Below, in pieces: positions 45,215-58,639 of a stretch of 64,000 nt of DNA. Positions within the stretch are counted from its first letter, which is position 1; each line of letters opens with the position of its first letter. Under the pieces are notes generated by a model that was given only the letters and a program-made list of their open reading frames with translations, ran no database searches and was not told the DNA's origin. This DNA is from Mobula hypostoma (Eukaryota), in the NCBI RefSeq assembly GCF_963921235.1, contig NC_086098.1, positions 237,336,001 through 237,400,000 on the forward strand, given 5' to 3'. Both the position numbers and the translations under genes were made by a program.

Positions 45215-45233
45215 AAGCTCCTCATTAAATATA

Positions 45234-47760
45234 CAACGGGGTGTCAAACACATTTTCGGTCATGGGCCGGATTGGGCAAAATGCGACTTCATGCGGACCG
45301 GATCAGCTGTGCACGCGCGAACACACGCGCGCGTGTTCCCACAGCTTTCGTTGCCTTCGTTTTTTCAACCTGCTCTCATGTGTCCCAGTCTCTGCGATAA
45401 CAACAGTGTTGTACTTTACGAATTTCGTTTCTTATGAAGAAGATTGCCTAGCAAGCATTATGTTTTATGATTGGTATTAAGTTACAGTCGTAGGCTACAA
45501 GAAAGTTATGATGAGAAGGAGAAAAAAAGATGCTATTTTGGCTAAGATTGTTTTGACATCCATACCCTTTCCGTTAATAAACCATTAGAAATAGAACATT
45601 AGCAGACACAAATGTAGACCAAAGGTAACAAATTGTAAACGTAGGCGACGCAACTGCACTTAACTTTTATTAGCCTCCTTCCAGCAATCAAGCATAGACA
45701 ATGAACACATTTAGCCTCTTTTTTTATTGAAGTGATCGCATTTACAATAATAGAATAGTCAGAAAATGAATGAGTCACAATATTATGAAACTCAATATTT
45801 CATAATGCATTTTGCTTTCGTGTCGCAGTGCATCGAAAAGTGTCACTTATTTTTCACTTACTGCTTCCAGATACCTGACATCTCTACCCTTTAGCCATCC
45901 TGTCAACATCAGGGACCAGTTTCTGGGCATTTGTGATTTTCAAAATGTCATTTAGATGTCTGTGTGTCAGCTGCCAGCGCAGTTTGGATTTATTAATATT
46001 CATTATGTAGAACGCTTTCTCCGTGAGATATGTTGTCCCGACACATGCAATGAATCTTTGAGGCAAATTATGTCATCGGTCCCAGGTATTGATAGAATGA
46101 GTCCAGACCCACAGTCTCAAATTTATATTTCAAAGCCCAGTTACATTGAATTTCAATTAGTTCCATTTGGAATGCTTCCGGCACATCTGATGCTGCGTTG
46201 ACGCAAACGGCGAGCAAAATAGTGAGAATTCCTTCTCGAGCTGAATGAAGACTTGGAAACGATTCTGAAACTCATTTTTCAGCCGTGATATTTTGTCCTT
46301 TTACCTATCCATGTTGTCATTATTCCCATGAGCGACACACACAGACTGCAAAGAGGGTAAATGGGCTAGGTTGCTCCGGGATTGTTGCATCTCCCACAGG
46401 CCTAATTTAATTTGAACGGCACGAATGCCGTCGTAGTATTCCGTAACAAGTTTGTTAACTTTAAGCACATTTAAGTGCACTGTTATATCCACCATAAAAA
46501 TGCAAGATAATGAAGCCAGTCTGGGTCATCCAATTCTGCCACTGGCTTCCCTTTCTCGGTCATGAATAGTCTAATTTCCGCACGTAATTGAAAGTAAATG
46601 GTTTGAGCACAACCCCTCTGCTCAACCAGTGGACTTAGTTGTGGTTGGGTAGGCCGTGTCCAGTATTACTTTCGGATAAAAGAGTGTCAAATTGCCGATG
46701 GTTGTGTCCCTTGGCTTTAATAAAAATAACCGTTTTGATTACTACATCTGTGACATTGTCCATTTTCAGGCTCCTGCTACATATTGCCTCTTGATGTATG
46801 ATACAATGAAAAATCCAGAATTCCTGTTCTAGATTCTCTGTGTGAACTTCCTCTCTGAGTTTCGCAACAATACCTGACATTTTCCCGACCACGGACGGTG
46901 CCCCATCTATTGCCAGGTTGACAGCGTGACTCCAGTCAACGTCCAGTCTGTCCATGGCCTCGACGAGGCTGGAAAAAACGTCGTTCGCCGTAGTGGTGTT
47001 TGTGATGAACACCATCTACACAAACTTCCCGGTGACAGTGAAAGATGCATCAACACTACGAGTAAATATTCGCAATTGAGCTACATCAGTCACGTCGCTG
47101 CTCTCATCAATTGAAATAGAGAAGAGAATAAAGGATTTCACTTTGTCTTTTAGTTGACTGTTCAAATCACCTGCAATATCCCCGAATCTCTCTGCGCAGT
47201 ATTTCTTGACAAGATGATATTACCAAAAGCCTGTCTTTTCTCAGGGCACATCAGCTCAGCTCAGCCATGTCAGGGTGCCTAGATGAATTCCCCCTCTGAG
47301 TATGGCTTCGACGCAGCAGCGATTTTGTTGGCAATAATATAGCTGGCCTTGACAGCTCCATCATGAGTCTCACGACTTTTGGTGAACACTGATTGCTGTT
47401 TTTTCAGAGCTGCTTCAAGCCGTTTACTTTTTGCGTTCTGAGTCGTCCTGCGTACTTGTCATATTTTTCTCCGTGTGACGTCTCGAAGTGTCGTTTGATG
47501 TTGTACTCCTTTGCCACAGCCACTTGTTGCGAGCATATCAGACACACAGGTTTGCCGTCGACGTCACAGAAGAAAAAAAAGATCTTTCCAATTATCGTTG
47601 AATATCCGAACTTCGATGTCAACTTATCTTTTCTTGGAAAGCATTTTGAACCACAGCAGCGAACAGTCTTAGCGTTGCTGCAGGTGTTACTTACCTGAGT
47701 ACTCTGTGTGTTTATACTGTGTCTGACGACGTAAGTGTGGCGCTACTGGTCTTCAGTGCA
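45234..47760 (-). mobile_element. Degenerate hAT DNA transposon (Charlie/SPIN/GTF2IRD2-like transposase)
   Basis: GKPVCLICSQQVAVAKEYNIKRHF zinc finger; AIDGAPSVVG and HCIIHQEAIC motifs; GGGGTGTCAAAC terminal motif at the left end only. Confidence 0.85.
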
Positions 47761-47771
47761 GGGTTGTAGGT

Positions 47772-48627
47772 GCGGACGAGAACCCCACTTATGTTACGTA
47801 CCCCGTAACTGGGTTGCCAAACCAGCAGAAATGGACCACTTAGTTGGAGTCTGGATTACTAGAACTAAGAAAGTTTTATTAAAGAAATAAGCAACACAGT
47901 ACTCTAATCAAAAGGATATAAATGCAACAATTTAGCAATGATAAAACACACATGTACACAGAACTAGGATAATAGGATCAATCAAGCTCCATCGCAGTCT
48001 AGGGGTAAATGATCAGTTTCAAGTGACGCAAAGTTCAGTTCAATTTAGTTCAGTTCAGTTCGCAGTAATCGCTGTTGTGCCGTTGGGGCGGGGAGAAGAG
48101 AGAGAACGAATGAATATGCAAATCGGATTCCAAACAGACCTTCGATATTCCTCGCTGTTTGCTTTCGGGCGAGCCCTTTTTAATGTCTTCTGAGGTCACT
48201 GACTGTGATCCCTTCGTTCCAGATACGATCGTTCTTCTGCGGTGAACCTGGCACCCAGGCAAGGGCGGACACACCCACCGGGTCCCGCCTGACCGTATCT
48301 TTCCACCCTGTGCGTCTATGGCTGGTCCCGCGACCAGACCTCCAAAACTCACCAACTTGTGGGGTCACACCGCTTCCAGGATCTCGTTACCTCGTGGTGT
48401 CGTTTGTCTGTTGCCTTAGCGAACCTGTTCCTTTTTATCCCCCTGCTGGGGTATCGCCTGTCCATCAAACTTCAAACAGTTCAGGGTTCAAAGCCACCGG
48501 TCTCTGACAATACTCGGAACTGTGTCTCCTTTTCGTTAATCCTCTCGTCTCTCATTAACATTTCTGAATGTTCAACCATTGTCCTCTTATCGGCATCAAT
48601 CTTCTGATAATTTGGGCTGTCGTCACA
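47772..48627 (-). mobile_element. Single LTR of the same Gmr1-like family, retaining its PBS
   Basis: LTR 47792-48627 (TGTTACG...GTCACA); GCGGACGAGAACCCCACTTA PBS adjacent. Confidence 0.88.
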
Positions 48628-48639
48628 GGGGGTATAATC

Positions 48640-49290
48640 GAGATCTTGGGCTCCATGTCCATAGGACACTCAAAGTGGCTACAGTGTTCTTAAAAGGGCG
48701 TATAGTACGTTGACCTTCATCAACCATGGGACTGAGTTCGTGGATAATTGGACCCCAGTTGGAGTACTGTGTTCATTTCTTGTTATTACATTACTAGAAA
48801 GGATGTGGATACTATAGAAAGAATACAGGACATATTTACAGGGATGTTGCCTGGATTGGAGAGCATGCATTATGAGAATAGGTTGAGTGAACTTGGCCTT
48901 TCTCCTTAGAGAAACAGCGGGTGAGAGGTGACTTGATAATAGTGTAGGAGATGATGAGGTGCATCAATCGTATGATAGCCAGAGGCTTTCTTTCCAGGGC
49001 TGAAATGAGTAACACGAGGGGGCATAGCCATAAAGTGCTTGAAGGTGGGTACAATGGGTGTGTCAGAGGTAGGAGCGTTGGGTACAAGGAATGCAATGCC
49101 AGCAGAGCTGAAAGATGCAGATACAGCAGGATCTTGTAATAGACTCTTAGATAGATACATGGAGCTTAGTAAAGTAGAGGGTTCTGCTGTTGGGAAATTC
49201 TAGACAGTTTCTAGAGAAGGTTACGTGGTCGGCACGATATTGTGGCCATAAAGGCCTGTAATCTGCTCTAGATTACTATGTTTCTATGCA
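48640..49290 (+). mobile_element. CR1 3' fragment
   Basis: LEYCV-like and LSELGLSP-like RT C-terminus; CTATG tail. Confidence 0.7.
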
Positions 49291-49619
49291 TGACAGGTCC
49301 GCCGTGATCGTATTGAATAATGGAGTGGGAGGAGGGGGCCGAATACTCTACTCTTGTTTCTGTGTGTTATGGTATCGTGTTCCCCTGCCAGACTTTTGAA
49401 ACATTCCTGTGCTGGATCTTTTGTAACTGGATTTAGAGGTCCAATTTCCAGTGCTGTTAATCAGCTTCTTTCAGCTCGTAAGTGGCCCGCAGGTATTGCC
49501 GTGTTATCTTTCTGGACCTGCGTATCTGGTATGGCTTCTCTCCTACATTTGTTCCATGTGAACTGTTACCTCACTTAAATATTCTTAACAGTGTATCGGA
49601 GATGCAGTGAAGTCGCACA

Positions 49620-50240
49620 TTACTGGACGTTAGCGGTAAATGGGAAAACGGCAATTGACGACGAGGTATACTAAGGCAATTCTGTATTGTGGCAGTAAGA
49701 GGCACAGCAAGACCACTTTCACCTCAGAGAGTTGACGAAGTTTGGTACACGCCCCCAATCCTAAGAACTTCTTATAGGGGCAAAATTGCGAGCATCTGCG
49801 CTGACTGCATCATTGCCTGGTATGGCAACTGTACCTCCCGTAATCGCAGGACTCTACGGAGAGTGGTGCGGACACCACAGCGCATCTGTAGTTTTGAACT
49901 TCCCATAATTCAGGACTTTTACAAGGACGCCTGTGTAAAAAAGGTCCGGAGGCTCACTGGGGACCGGAATCACCCCAAACGCAATCTATTCCTGCTGCTA
50001 CCATCCGGGAAACGGCACCGCAGTATAAAAGTAGGACCAGCATACTCCGGGAAAGTTCTTCCAACAGGTCATCAGACTGATTAACTGACGCTGATTTGAG
50101 TGCAGTGTATGCTACATTGACTGTTCTATTTATTAGAAAATACTACGGTTGCACATTGTACATTTGGATGGAGATGTAACGTTAAGATTTTACTCCTCAT
50201 GTATCTGAAGGATGTAAGAAATAAAGTCAATTCATTTCAA
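49620..50240 (+). mobile_element. Rex1/Babar-like LINE 3' end
   Basis: CIIAWYGNCT...LRRVVR...HPKRNLFLLLPSGKR; AATAAAGTCAATTCA tail; related fragments near 2.6 kb and 31.0-31.3 kb. Confidence 0.65.
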
Positions 50241-50764
50241 ATTCAAATACTAATTTCTGACATTCAACCATGGACTTATCTGTAGGGCAGCGACTGTCAA
50301 AAACCTTCAGTACTGCAGATGGTCCGAACTGCCAGTGACCGCTCGTTTTAATTTAATCCAGTAATGCCAGATTTTATCAATCGCCTCATTAGTGTAAAAC
50401 ACTTTTTAAGCTGTCTGGAATGTTCACAAGGGCCATCTAAACCCACATCTCCCTTCTTTTGCGTTGGTGAAATTGTTTTCTAAGGTCATGACCCATTCTG
50501 GTCCTCGCGGCGCACTACCACCACCATATGTTCACTAGCGGTAGTTCGAGCGCCCACAGTTTTCAGATCTCAAAACCTGCTCACTTATTAAAATACTCAC
50601 CAAGCAAACTGCCCTTTCCAAAAGCTCGCTCCAGAAATCGCAATAGAGCTATTAAAACAAAAAAGCAGAATCAGAGGGCCAGGAGCGTCACACTATCTTA
50701 AAAGCCACTTCTCTCCAGGCAACTAATGTTATCAACTATAGTAGTTAACTAGATCTACTAGTTA

Positions 50765-52320
50765 CTAGATAAGTCCCCGGAGCCTGACGGAATATTCCCC
50801 AGGCTGCTTCACGAGGCGAGAGAAGAGATTGCTGAGCCTCTGGCTAGGATCTTTACGTCCTTGTTGTCCACGGGAATGGTACGGGAGGAATGGAGGGAGG
50901 TGAATGTTGTCCACTTGTTCAAAAAAGGTAGTAGGGACAGTCCGGGTAATTATAGACCAGTGAGCCTTACGTCTGTGGTGGGAAAGTTGTTGGAAAAGAT
51001 TCTTAGAGACAGGATCTATAGGCATTTAGAGAATCATGGTCTGATCAGGGACAGTCAGCATGGCTTTGTGAAGGGCAGATCGTGTCTAACAAGCCTGAGA
51101 GAGTTCTTTGAGAAGGTGACCAGGCATATAGATGAGGGTAGTGCAGTGGATGTGATCTATATGGATTTTAGTAAGGCATTTGACAACGTTCCACACGGTA
51201 GGCTTATTCAGAAAGTTAGAAGGCATGTGCTCCAGGGAAGTTTGGCCAGGTGGATTCAGAATTGGCTTGCCTGCAGCAGGCAGAGGGTGTTAGTGGAGGG
51301 AGTACATTCAGATTGGAGGATTGTGACTAGTGGTGTCCCACAAGGATCTGTTCTGGGACTTCTACTTTCCGTGATTTTTATTAACGACCTGGATGTTGCG
51401 GTAGAAGGGTGGGTTGGTAAGTCTGCAGACGACACAAAGGTTGGTGGTGTTGTAGATAGTGTAGAGGATTGTCAAAGATTGCAGAGAGACATTGATAGGG
51501 TGCAGAAGTGGGCTGAGAAGTGGCAAATGGAGTTCAACCTGGAGAAGTGTGAGGTGGTACACTTTGGATGGACAAACTCCAAGGCAGAGTACAAAGTAAA
51601 CCAGGATACTTGGTAGTGTGGAGGAGCAGAGGGACCTCGGGGTACATGTCCGCAGATCCCTGAAAGTTTCCTCACAGGTGGATAGGGTAGTTAAGAAAAC
51701 TTATGGGGTGTTAGCTTTCAGAAGTCGAGGGATAGAGTTTAAGAGTCGCGATGTAATGATGCAGCGCTATAAAACTCTGGTTAGGCCACACTTGGAATAC
51801 TGTGTCCAGTTCTGGTCACCTCACTATAGGAAGGATGTGGAAGCATTGGAAATGATACAGAGGAGATTTACCAGGATGCTGCCTGGTTTAGAAAGTATGC
51901 ATTATGATCAGAGATTAAGGGAGCTAGGGCTTTACTCTTTGGAGAGAAGGAAGATGAGAGGAGACATGATAGAGGTGTACAAGATAATAAGAGGAATAGA
52001 TAGAGTGGACAACCAGCGCCTCTTCCCCAGGGCACCACTGCTCAATATAAGAGGACATGGCTTTAAGGTAAGGGGTGGGAAGTTCAAGGGGGATATTAGA
52101 GGAAGGTTTTTTACTCAGAGAGTGGTTGGTGCGTGGAATGCACTGCATGAGTCAGTGGTGAAGGCAGATACACTGGTGAAGTTTAAAAGACCACTAGACC
52201 GGTATATGCAGGAATTTAAGGTGGGGGTTATATGGGAGGCAGGGTTTGAGGGTCGGCACAATATTGTGGGCCGAAGGGCCTGTACTGTGCTCTACTATTC
52301 TATGTTCTATGTTCTATGTT
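50765..52320 (+). mobile_element. 5'-truncated CR1 LINE (RT domain) with (TTCTATG)n tail
   Basis: ORFs 50861-51616 and 51618-52322: NYRPVSLTS, MDFSKAFD, ADDTK, LEYCVQFWSP. Confidence 0.93.
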
Positions 52321-52469
52321 AACACCCCACCCCCTTACCTGGTCACTGCACTGCACTGTAATCAGTTTAAATCACTTTAACACCATATGTTTACATCATG
52401 AATACAGCTGGTATTTATGTTCATTTTATTCCTTATTCGTACCTTAATCGCATAGAAGCAAAGAAACTT

Positions 52470-55400
52470 AGAAAACCTGCAGCACAATAAAGGCCCTTCG
52501 GCGCACAATTTCCTCGGCTTACCCATAGCCCTCTATTTTAGAAGCTCCATGTACCTATCCAGGAGTCTCTAAAAAGACCCGATCATTTCCTCCTGTACCA
52601 CCGCCACCGGCAACCTATTCTACGTACTCACCATTCTCAGCATAATATACTCTGACATCTCCTCTGTACCTACTGTCAAGCAGTTTAAAACGATTCCCTA
52701 GGTAAACAGCCTCTGACTACTCACATGGTCAACGCGTCTCTATCAGGTCACTTCTCATCCTCCTTCGCTCCAAGGAGAAAAGGCCGATTTCACTCAACCT
52801 ATTCTCATAAGGCATGCACACCAATCCAGGCAACATCTTTGTAAATCTCGCCTCCCTTTCCATGGTTTCCACTTTCTTCCTGTAGTGAGGAGACCAGAAC
52901 TGAGCACCACACTCCAATAGGGCTCTGAACAGGGTTCTATGTAGCTGCAACATTACCTCTTGACGCTTAAACGCAATCCCACGATTGATGCAGGCCAATA
53001 CACCGTATGTTTTCTTAACCACAGAGTAAACTTGTGCAGCAGCTTTGAGTGTCTTATGGACTCGAACCCCAAGATCAGTCTGACCCTCCACACTGCCAAG
53101 AGTCTTGCCATTAATGCTATCTTCTGCTAACTTATTTGACCTACCAAAATGAACCACCTCACACTTATCCGGGTGGAACTCCATCTGCCACTTCACAGCC
53201 CAGTCCTGCATCGTATCAATGTCCCACTGTAACCTCTGACAGCCCTCCACAGTTTCTAAAACACCCCCAACCTTTGTCTCATCATCAAATTTACTAACCA
53301 ATCTGTTTACTTCCTTATCCAGGTAATGTATGTCCCAAAACAGATCTCTGAGGCACACCACTAGTCACCGAGCTCCATGCAGATTACAACCATTCTTTTG
53401 TAGACTCCCGTCTACAACCACTCTGCTTTCTGTGGGCAAGCCAGTTGTGGATCCAAAAAGCAATATCCCCTTGGATCCTATGCCTCTTTGCATTCTCAAT
53501 AAGCCTGGCATGGGGTACCTTATCAAAGGCCTTCCTGAAATCCATATACCTTATATTTACGGCTCTACTTTCATCAATGTGTTTAGTCATATCCTCAAAA
53601 AATCAATTAGTCTCGTGAGGCACGACCTTCCGCTGACAAAGCCATGCTGACGATTCCTAATCATATTATGCCACTCCAAATGTTCATAAATCCGACCTCT
53701 CAGGATCTTCTCCATCAACTGACCAAACACTGAATTAAGACTCATTGGTCTATAATTTCCTGGGATATCTCTACAGCCTTTCTTGAATACGGGAACAACA
53801 TCTACAATCCGCCAATCCTGCGGAACCTCTTCCGTCATCAGTGATGATGCAAAGATCATAGCCAGAGGCTCAGCAATCTCCTTCCTCAGATCCCACAGTA
53901 GCCTGGGGTTCATTTCCTCCGGTCCCGGAGACTTATCGGACTTCATGCTTTCGAAAGCTCCAGCATATCCTCTTTCTTAATGTCTGTACGCTCAAGCTTT
54001 GCAATCCGATATAAGTCATCCCTACAATCGTCAAGATCATTTTCCGTAGAGATTCCTGAATCAAAATATTCATAAGTACCTCTGCTATCTCCTCCGGTTC
54101 CATACACAATTTTGCACTGTCACACTTGATTAGTCCTATTCTCTCACGCCTTATCTTTTGCTCTTCACACACATGTAGAAAACCTTGGGGTTTTCCTTAA
54201 ACCTGTCTGCCAGGGCCTTCTCATGGCCCCTTCTGGCTCTCCTAATTTCCTTCTTAAGCTTCTTCCTGCTAGCTTTATAATCTTCTAGATGTCTATCATT
54301 ACCTAGCTTTTTGAAACTTTCGTAAGCCCTTCTTTCCTTCCTTATACAGCAGCCTTTGTACAGCACGGATGGCGTACCCTACCATCCGTTCGCTGACTGA
54401 TTGCAACGTACCTATGCAGAAATCCACACAAATATCCCTTGAACATTTGACAGATTTCTTCCGCATGTTTCCCTGAGAACATCTGTTTCCCATTAAATCT
54501 TCTAAGTTTCTGCCTTATAACTTCATGTTTCCCTTTACTCCAGTTCAACGTTTCCTTATCTTGTCTGTTCCCATCCCTCTCCAATGCTATGGTAAAGGAG
54601 ATAGAATTGTGATCACTATCTCCAATATTTTCTTCCTCTGAGAGACCTGACCAAATTCATTTCACAATACGAGATCAAGTATAGACTCTCTGTTGCAGGC
54701 GTGTCGACATAATGTGTCAAGAAACCTTCCTGAACACACGTAACAAACTCCACCCCATCTAAACCCCTCACTTGAGGGAGATGCTAATCAATATTAGGGA
54801 AATTGAAATCTCCCACCACGCAAGCCCTGTTATTATTACGCCTTTCCAGAATCTGTCTCCCTGTCTGTTCCTCGATCTCCCTGTTACTAATGGGTGGTCT
54901 ATAAAAAACACCCAGCGGAGTTATTGACGACTTCCTGTACTTAACTTCCACCCAAAAAGACATCGTAGATAATCCCACCATGACTACCTCCTTTTCTGCA
55001 GCCGTGACCCTATCTCTGATCAACAGTGCCACGTCCCCGCCCCTTTTGCTTCCCTCCCTGTCCTCTCTGAAACATCTAAAGCCTGGCACTCGAAATAACC
55101 AGTCCTACTCTGTGCCATTCAAGTTTCTGTCATGGCTACAATATCATAGCTCCAAGCTTATCCGCTTTGTCCATAATACTCCTTGCATTAAAACAGACAC
55201 TTCTCAAACTATCAGTTTGAGCTCGACCCTTCTCTATCAACTGACTATACTCTCTCTCGCACTGTCGCCAAGCTGTCTCTATTTGTGACCCAGCAGCCTC
55301 TTCCGCCGTCTCTTCAGTTCGGTCCCCACCCCCCAGCAATTCTAGTTTAAACTTTCCCCAATAACACCAGCAAACGTCCCTGTCAGGATATTGGTCCCCC

Positions 55401-56290
55401 TAGGATTCAAGTGCAACCCGTCCTTTTTGTATAGGTCACACCTGCCCTCAAAGAGGTCCCAATGATCCAGAAATCTGAATCCCTTCCCTCTGCTCCAATC
55501 CTTCAGCCACGCATTTATCCTCCACCTCACTCTATTCCTATACTCACTGTCAGGTGGCACAGGAAGTAATCTCGAGATGATTACTTTTGTCATCCTGCTT
55601 CTCACCTTCCTTCCTGACTCGCTATAGTCTGTTTATATGATCTCCTCCCTTTTTTCTACCTATGTCGTTGGTACCAATATGTATCACAACCTCTGGATGT
55701 CCTCCTTCCCACTTCAAGATATCGTGTACGCGATCATACACATCCCGGACCCTGGCACCTGCAATGCAAACTGCCATGCGTGATTCTTTCCTGCTTCTAC
55801 AGAATCGCCTGACTAACCTCCGAACAATAGAGTCCCCAATTCCGCTGCCAACCTCTTCCTTTCCCTACCCTTCCGAGCCAAAAGACCAGAGATTTGTGCC
55901 AGAGGGTTGGCCACTGTTACTTCCCCAGTTAGGACGTCCTCTCCAACAGTACTCAAGTAGGAGAACGGATTGTATAGAGGGACAGCCACAGGGGAACCCT
56001 CCAGCCTCTGACTCCTGCCCGTCCGTCCCCTGACTGTTACCCACTTATCTGTCTCCCTAGGTCCCGGTGTGACTCCCTGCTTATAAGTCCTGTCTATCAC
56101 CTCCTCACTCTCCCTGACCGGACGAAGGTCATCGAACTGCATCTCCAGTTCCATAACCCGGTCCCGAAGGAGCTGCAGCTCGATGCACCTGGCGCAATAT
56201 GTGGCCGTCCGGGAGGCTGGGAGTCTCCAGCGCCTCCCACATCACACACCGAGCATACAACACCGGTCTCACACACAAGCGACCTACCTC
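52470..56290 (-). mobile_element. Near full-length degenerate CR1 LINE (ORF1 zinc finger plus SGNH esterase; ORF2 APE plus RT)
   Basis: HICARCIELQLLRDR; DGLHLNPRG; CFNARSI, YRPP and GDFNFP; MDFRKAFDKVPH; LECGAQFWSP. Confidence 0.9.
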
Positions 56291-57289
56291 AGTTCTCAGT
56301 CTTATTTATGTATATATCAATTATCGCTGCATCCGTTTATTTATTGATTGAATTTAATTGATTTATCTATTTATTTAACTATTTATTTATTTCTCTATCT
56401 TTCTATCTATTCGTTATTTGCCGTTTGTCGTATTTTTACACATTGCTTGTCAGTTTTTGTTTGTGTGTAAGTTTTCATTGCTTCTGTAATATTTCTTTCT
56501 TTTACTGTGAATACCTGTAAGTAAACAAATCTCAAATTTATGTATGAATAATGTGGGAGGCAGCGATAGGATAACAGTCATTTTCCCCCCCGGGACAGAA
56601 ATCTAAACCGAGATGGTAAGTATTTAAAGGACATGATCGGTTCATTTTAATTTTTTATACGGAGTGATGGGTGCATGTACCGCGTTGCGTGAGTGGAGGA
56701 GGCAGATACGACAGGGACGTTTAAAAAGCTGCACGACGGACACAGAAGTTTGCAGAGAAAGGAGGGATATGCAGTAGGGATGGTTGAATTTGACAACGTA
56801 GAGGAGCCGCTGGGAAAAAAAGGCAATGAAGTGGTTCTCTGGCTTAAGATGCACTATTTACCTCACAATCTACCTCCTTGTGTCTTGCACCTTCTCTACC
56901 TGTATTGTACTTTCTCTGTCGCCGTTACATTATATTCTACATTGCTATTATGTACACCTCAATGCACTGTGTCATCGCAGTATGTAATGCAAGCTGTTGG
57001 TTGTATCTTCTGAAAGTGGCAATAATAAACCAATGCTAATGATAAATTGCAGGGGCTCATTGTGTTAAAGAGGAGGGACGCCGGAAGATATTCAATTCTG
57101 TGCAACGACTGAGGTAGATCAAAAGTGTCCAGCAAAAATGTGTTCGCAAGTAAAGCAATCAGTAATTTGATTATCTGGCTGTCTCGATGGAATGAATGGC
57201 CTGCTGTGCCAAACTGAGACAGATCGAACCTCCTACAGCTTAGGTATATGATCAGCCTTTCCTGGACGACATTTTACTCAGCTGTGTGG

Positions 57290-58095
57290 AATGAAAGTGA
57301 CTAAAATAGGAATTGCTTATAACAGAATGAAGGAGTCACTTACTCTGTGGCTGAGAAGGCATACAGTCACAGACTCGCACGCACGCTCACACAGACGCAC
57401 ACGCACAGACTCACACGCACGCAGGCACACGCCAAAAAAACAAAAAACATTGAGAAGGCATTTGTGGTATTGGCCTCCATCAATCGTGGGATTGAGTTTA
57501 AGAGCCGAGAGGTAATGGTGCAGATATATAGGACCCTGCTCAGACCTCACTTGGAGTACTGTGCTCAGTTCCGGTCGCCTCAAGACAGGAAGGACGTGGA
57601 AACCATAGAAGGGATGCAGAGGAAATTTAAAAGGATGTTGCCTGGATTGGGGAGCATGCCTTATGAGAGTAGGTTGAGTGAACTTGGTCTTCTATCCTTG
57701 GAGCGACTGAGGATGAAGGTGGCCTGATAGAAGTGTTCAGGATAATGAGAGGCATTGATCGTGTTGATAGTCAGAGGCTTTCCCCCAGGGCTGAAATGGC
57801 TATCATGAGAGGGCATCGTTTTAAGGTGCTTAGAAGTAGATACTAGGAGATGTCATGGGTAAGTTTTTTACGCAGAGAGTGGTGAGTGCGTGGAATGGGC
57901 TGCTGGCGACGGTGGTGGAGACGGAAACGATAGGGTCTTTTAACAGACTCCTGAATGGCTAAATGAAGCTTAGAAAAATAGACGGCTCGGGGTAAAGCCT
58001 AGGTAGTTCGAAGGTAGGCTCATGTTCGGCATAGTTTTGTGGGCAGAAGGGCCTGCATTGTGTTGTAGGTTTTCTGTGTTTCTATGTTTCTTTAT
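57290..58095 (+). mobile_element. CR1 LINE 3' fragment whose tail abuts the IgL J end
   Basis: RPHLEYCAQF, LSELGLLSLERLR; TTTCTATG tail; internal CA-rich tract. Confidence 0.85.
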
Positions 58096-58639
58096 GTCCA
58101 TGATAGTGCCGGCAACGAAGATATTTTCTTTATCCCACATTCCACAGTAATAGACGACAGAGAGACGGAACTCAAAGCTGCCGGTCATTAAGTGTAACTA
58201 TTGCTGGAGCTGTCTCTGGACGGTTGGAAACGGTTTGTGATCCCTGCCCGTCGATATTTTCCATTGCCCTTCGCATATACTGTACTAACACCCGCTTCGG
58301 TCTCTCTCCAGGACGTTGTCGGTACCAGCTCATGTCGTAACTTCCAACACTACGGTTCTACATCTGACTCTCTGAGCGGACGGTTTGTCCAGCGGACACA
58401 GGACTGGATATTTGGGTCTGACTGAGGGCTGGGACTGCCTGGATACCTGCCGTAAAGCACAATAAAACCACTGGGTGACGTGAAGCCAACAGAAGGATCA
58501 TCAATCACAGAACACGAGGAAAATATAAATAAATCAGCTGTAATCAGAATTTTAACAGACAATCAGTGCGTGAACCAAGCCGACTCTCAACTGTTAAATG
58601 TAGCAGCAGAGCCCACAGGAGATATAGCACAGGCGTCAT
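58090..58639 (-). pseudogene. Immunoglobulin light chain type I (sigma-cart-like) leader plus germline-joined VJ pseudogene
   Basis: Leader MTPVLYLLWALLLHLT (58639-58591; donor GT>TT). V exon from 58446 reads GIQAVPALSQTQISSPVSAGQTVRSE(S)QM*N...SWYRQRPGERP...GITNRFQPSRDSSSNSY...VYYCGMWDKENIFVAGTIMDIK, with frameshifts and no RSS. Confidence 0.85.

Noticed and set aside
50861-52322. Long ORFs as cellular genes
   Set aside because: They are CR1 reverse-transcriptase fragments with a frameshift and a LINE tail.
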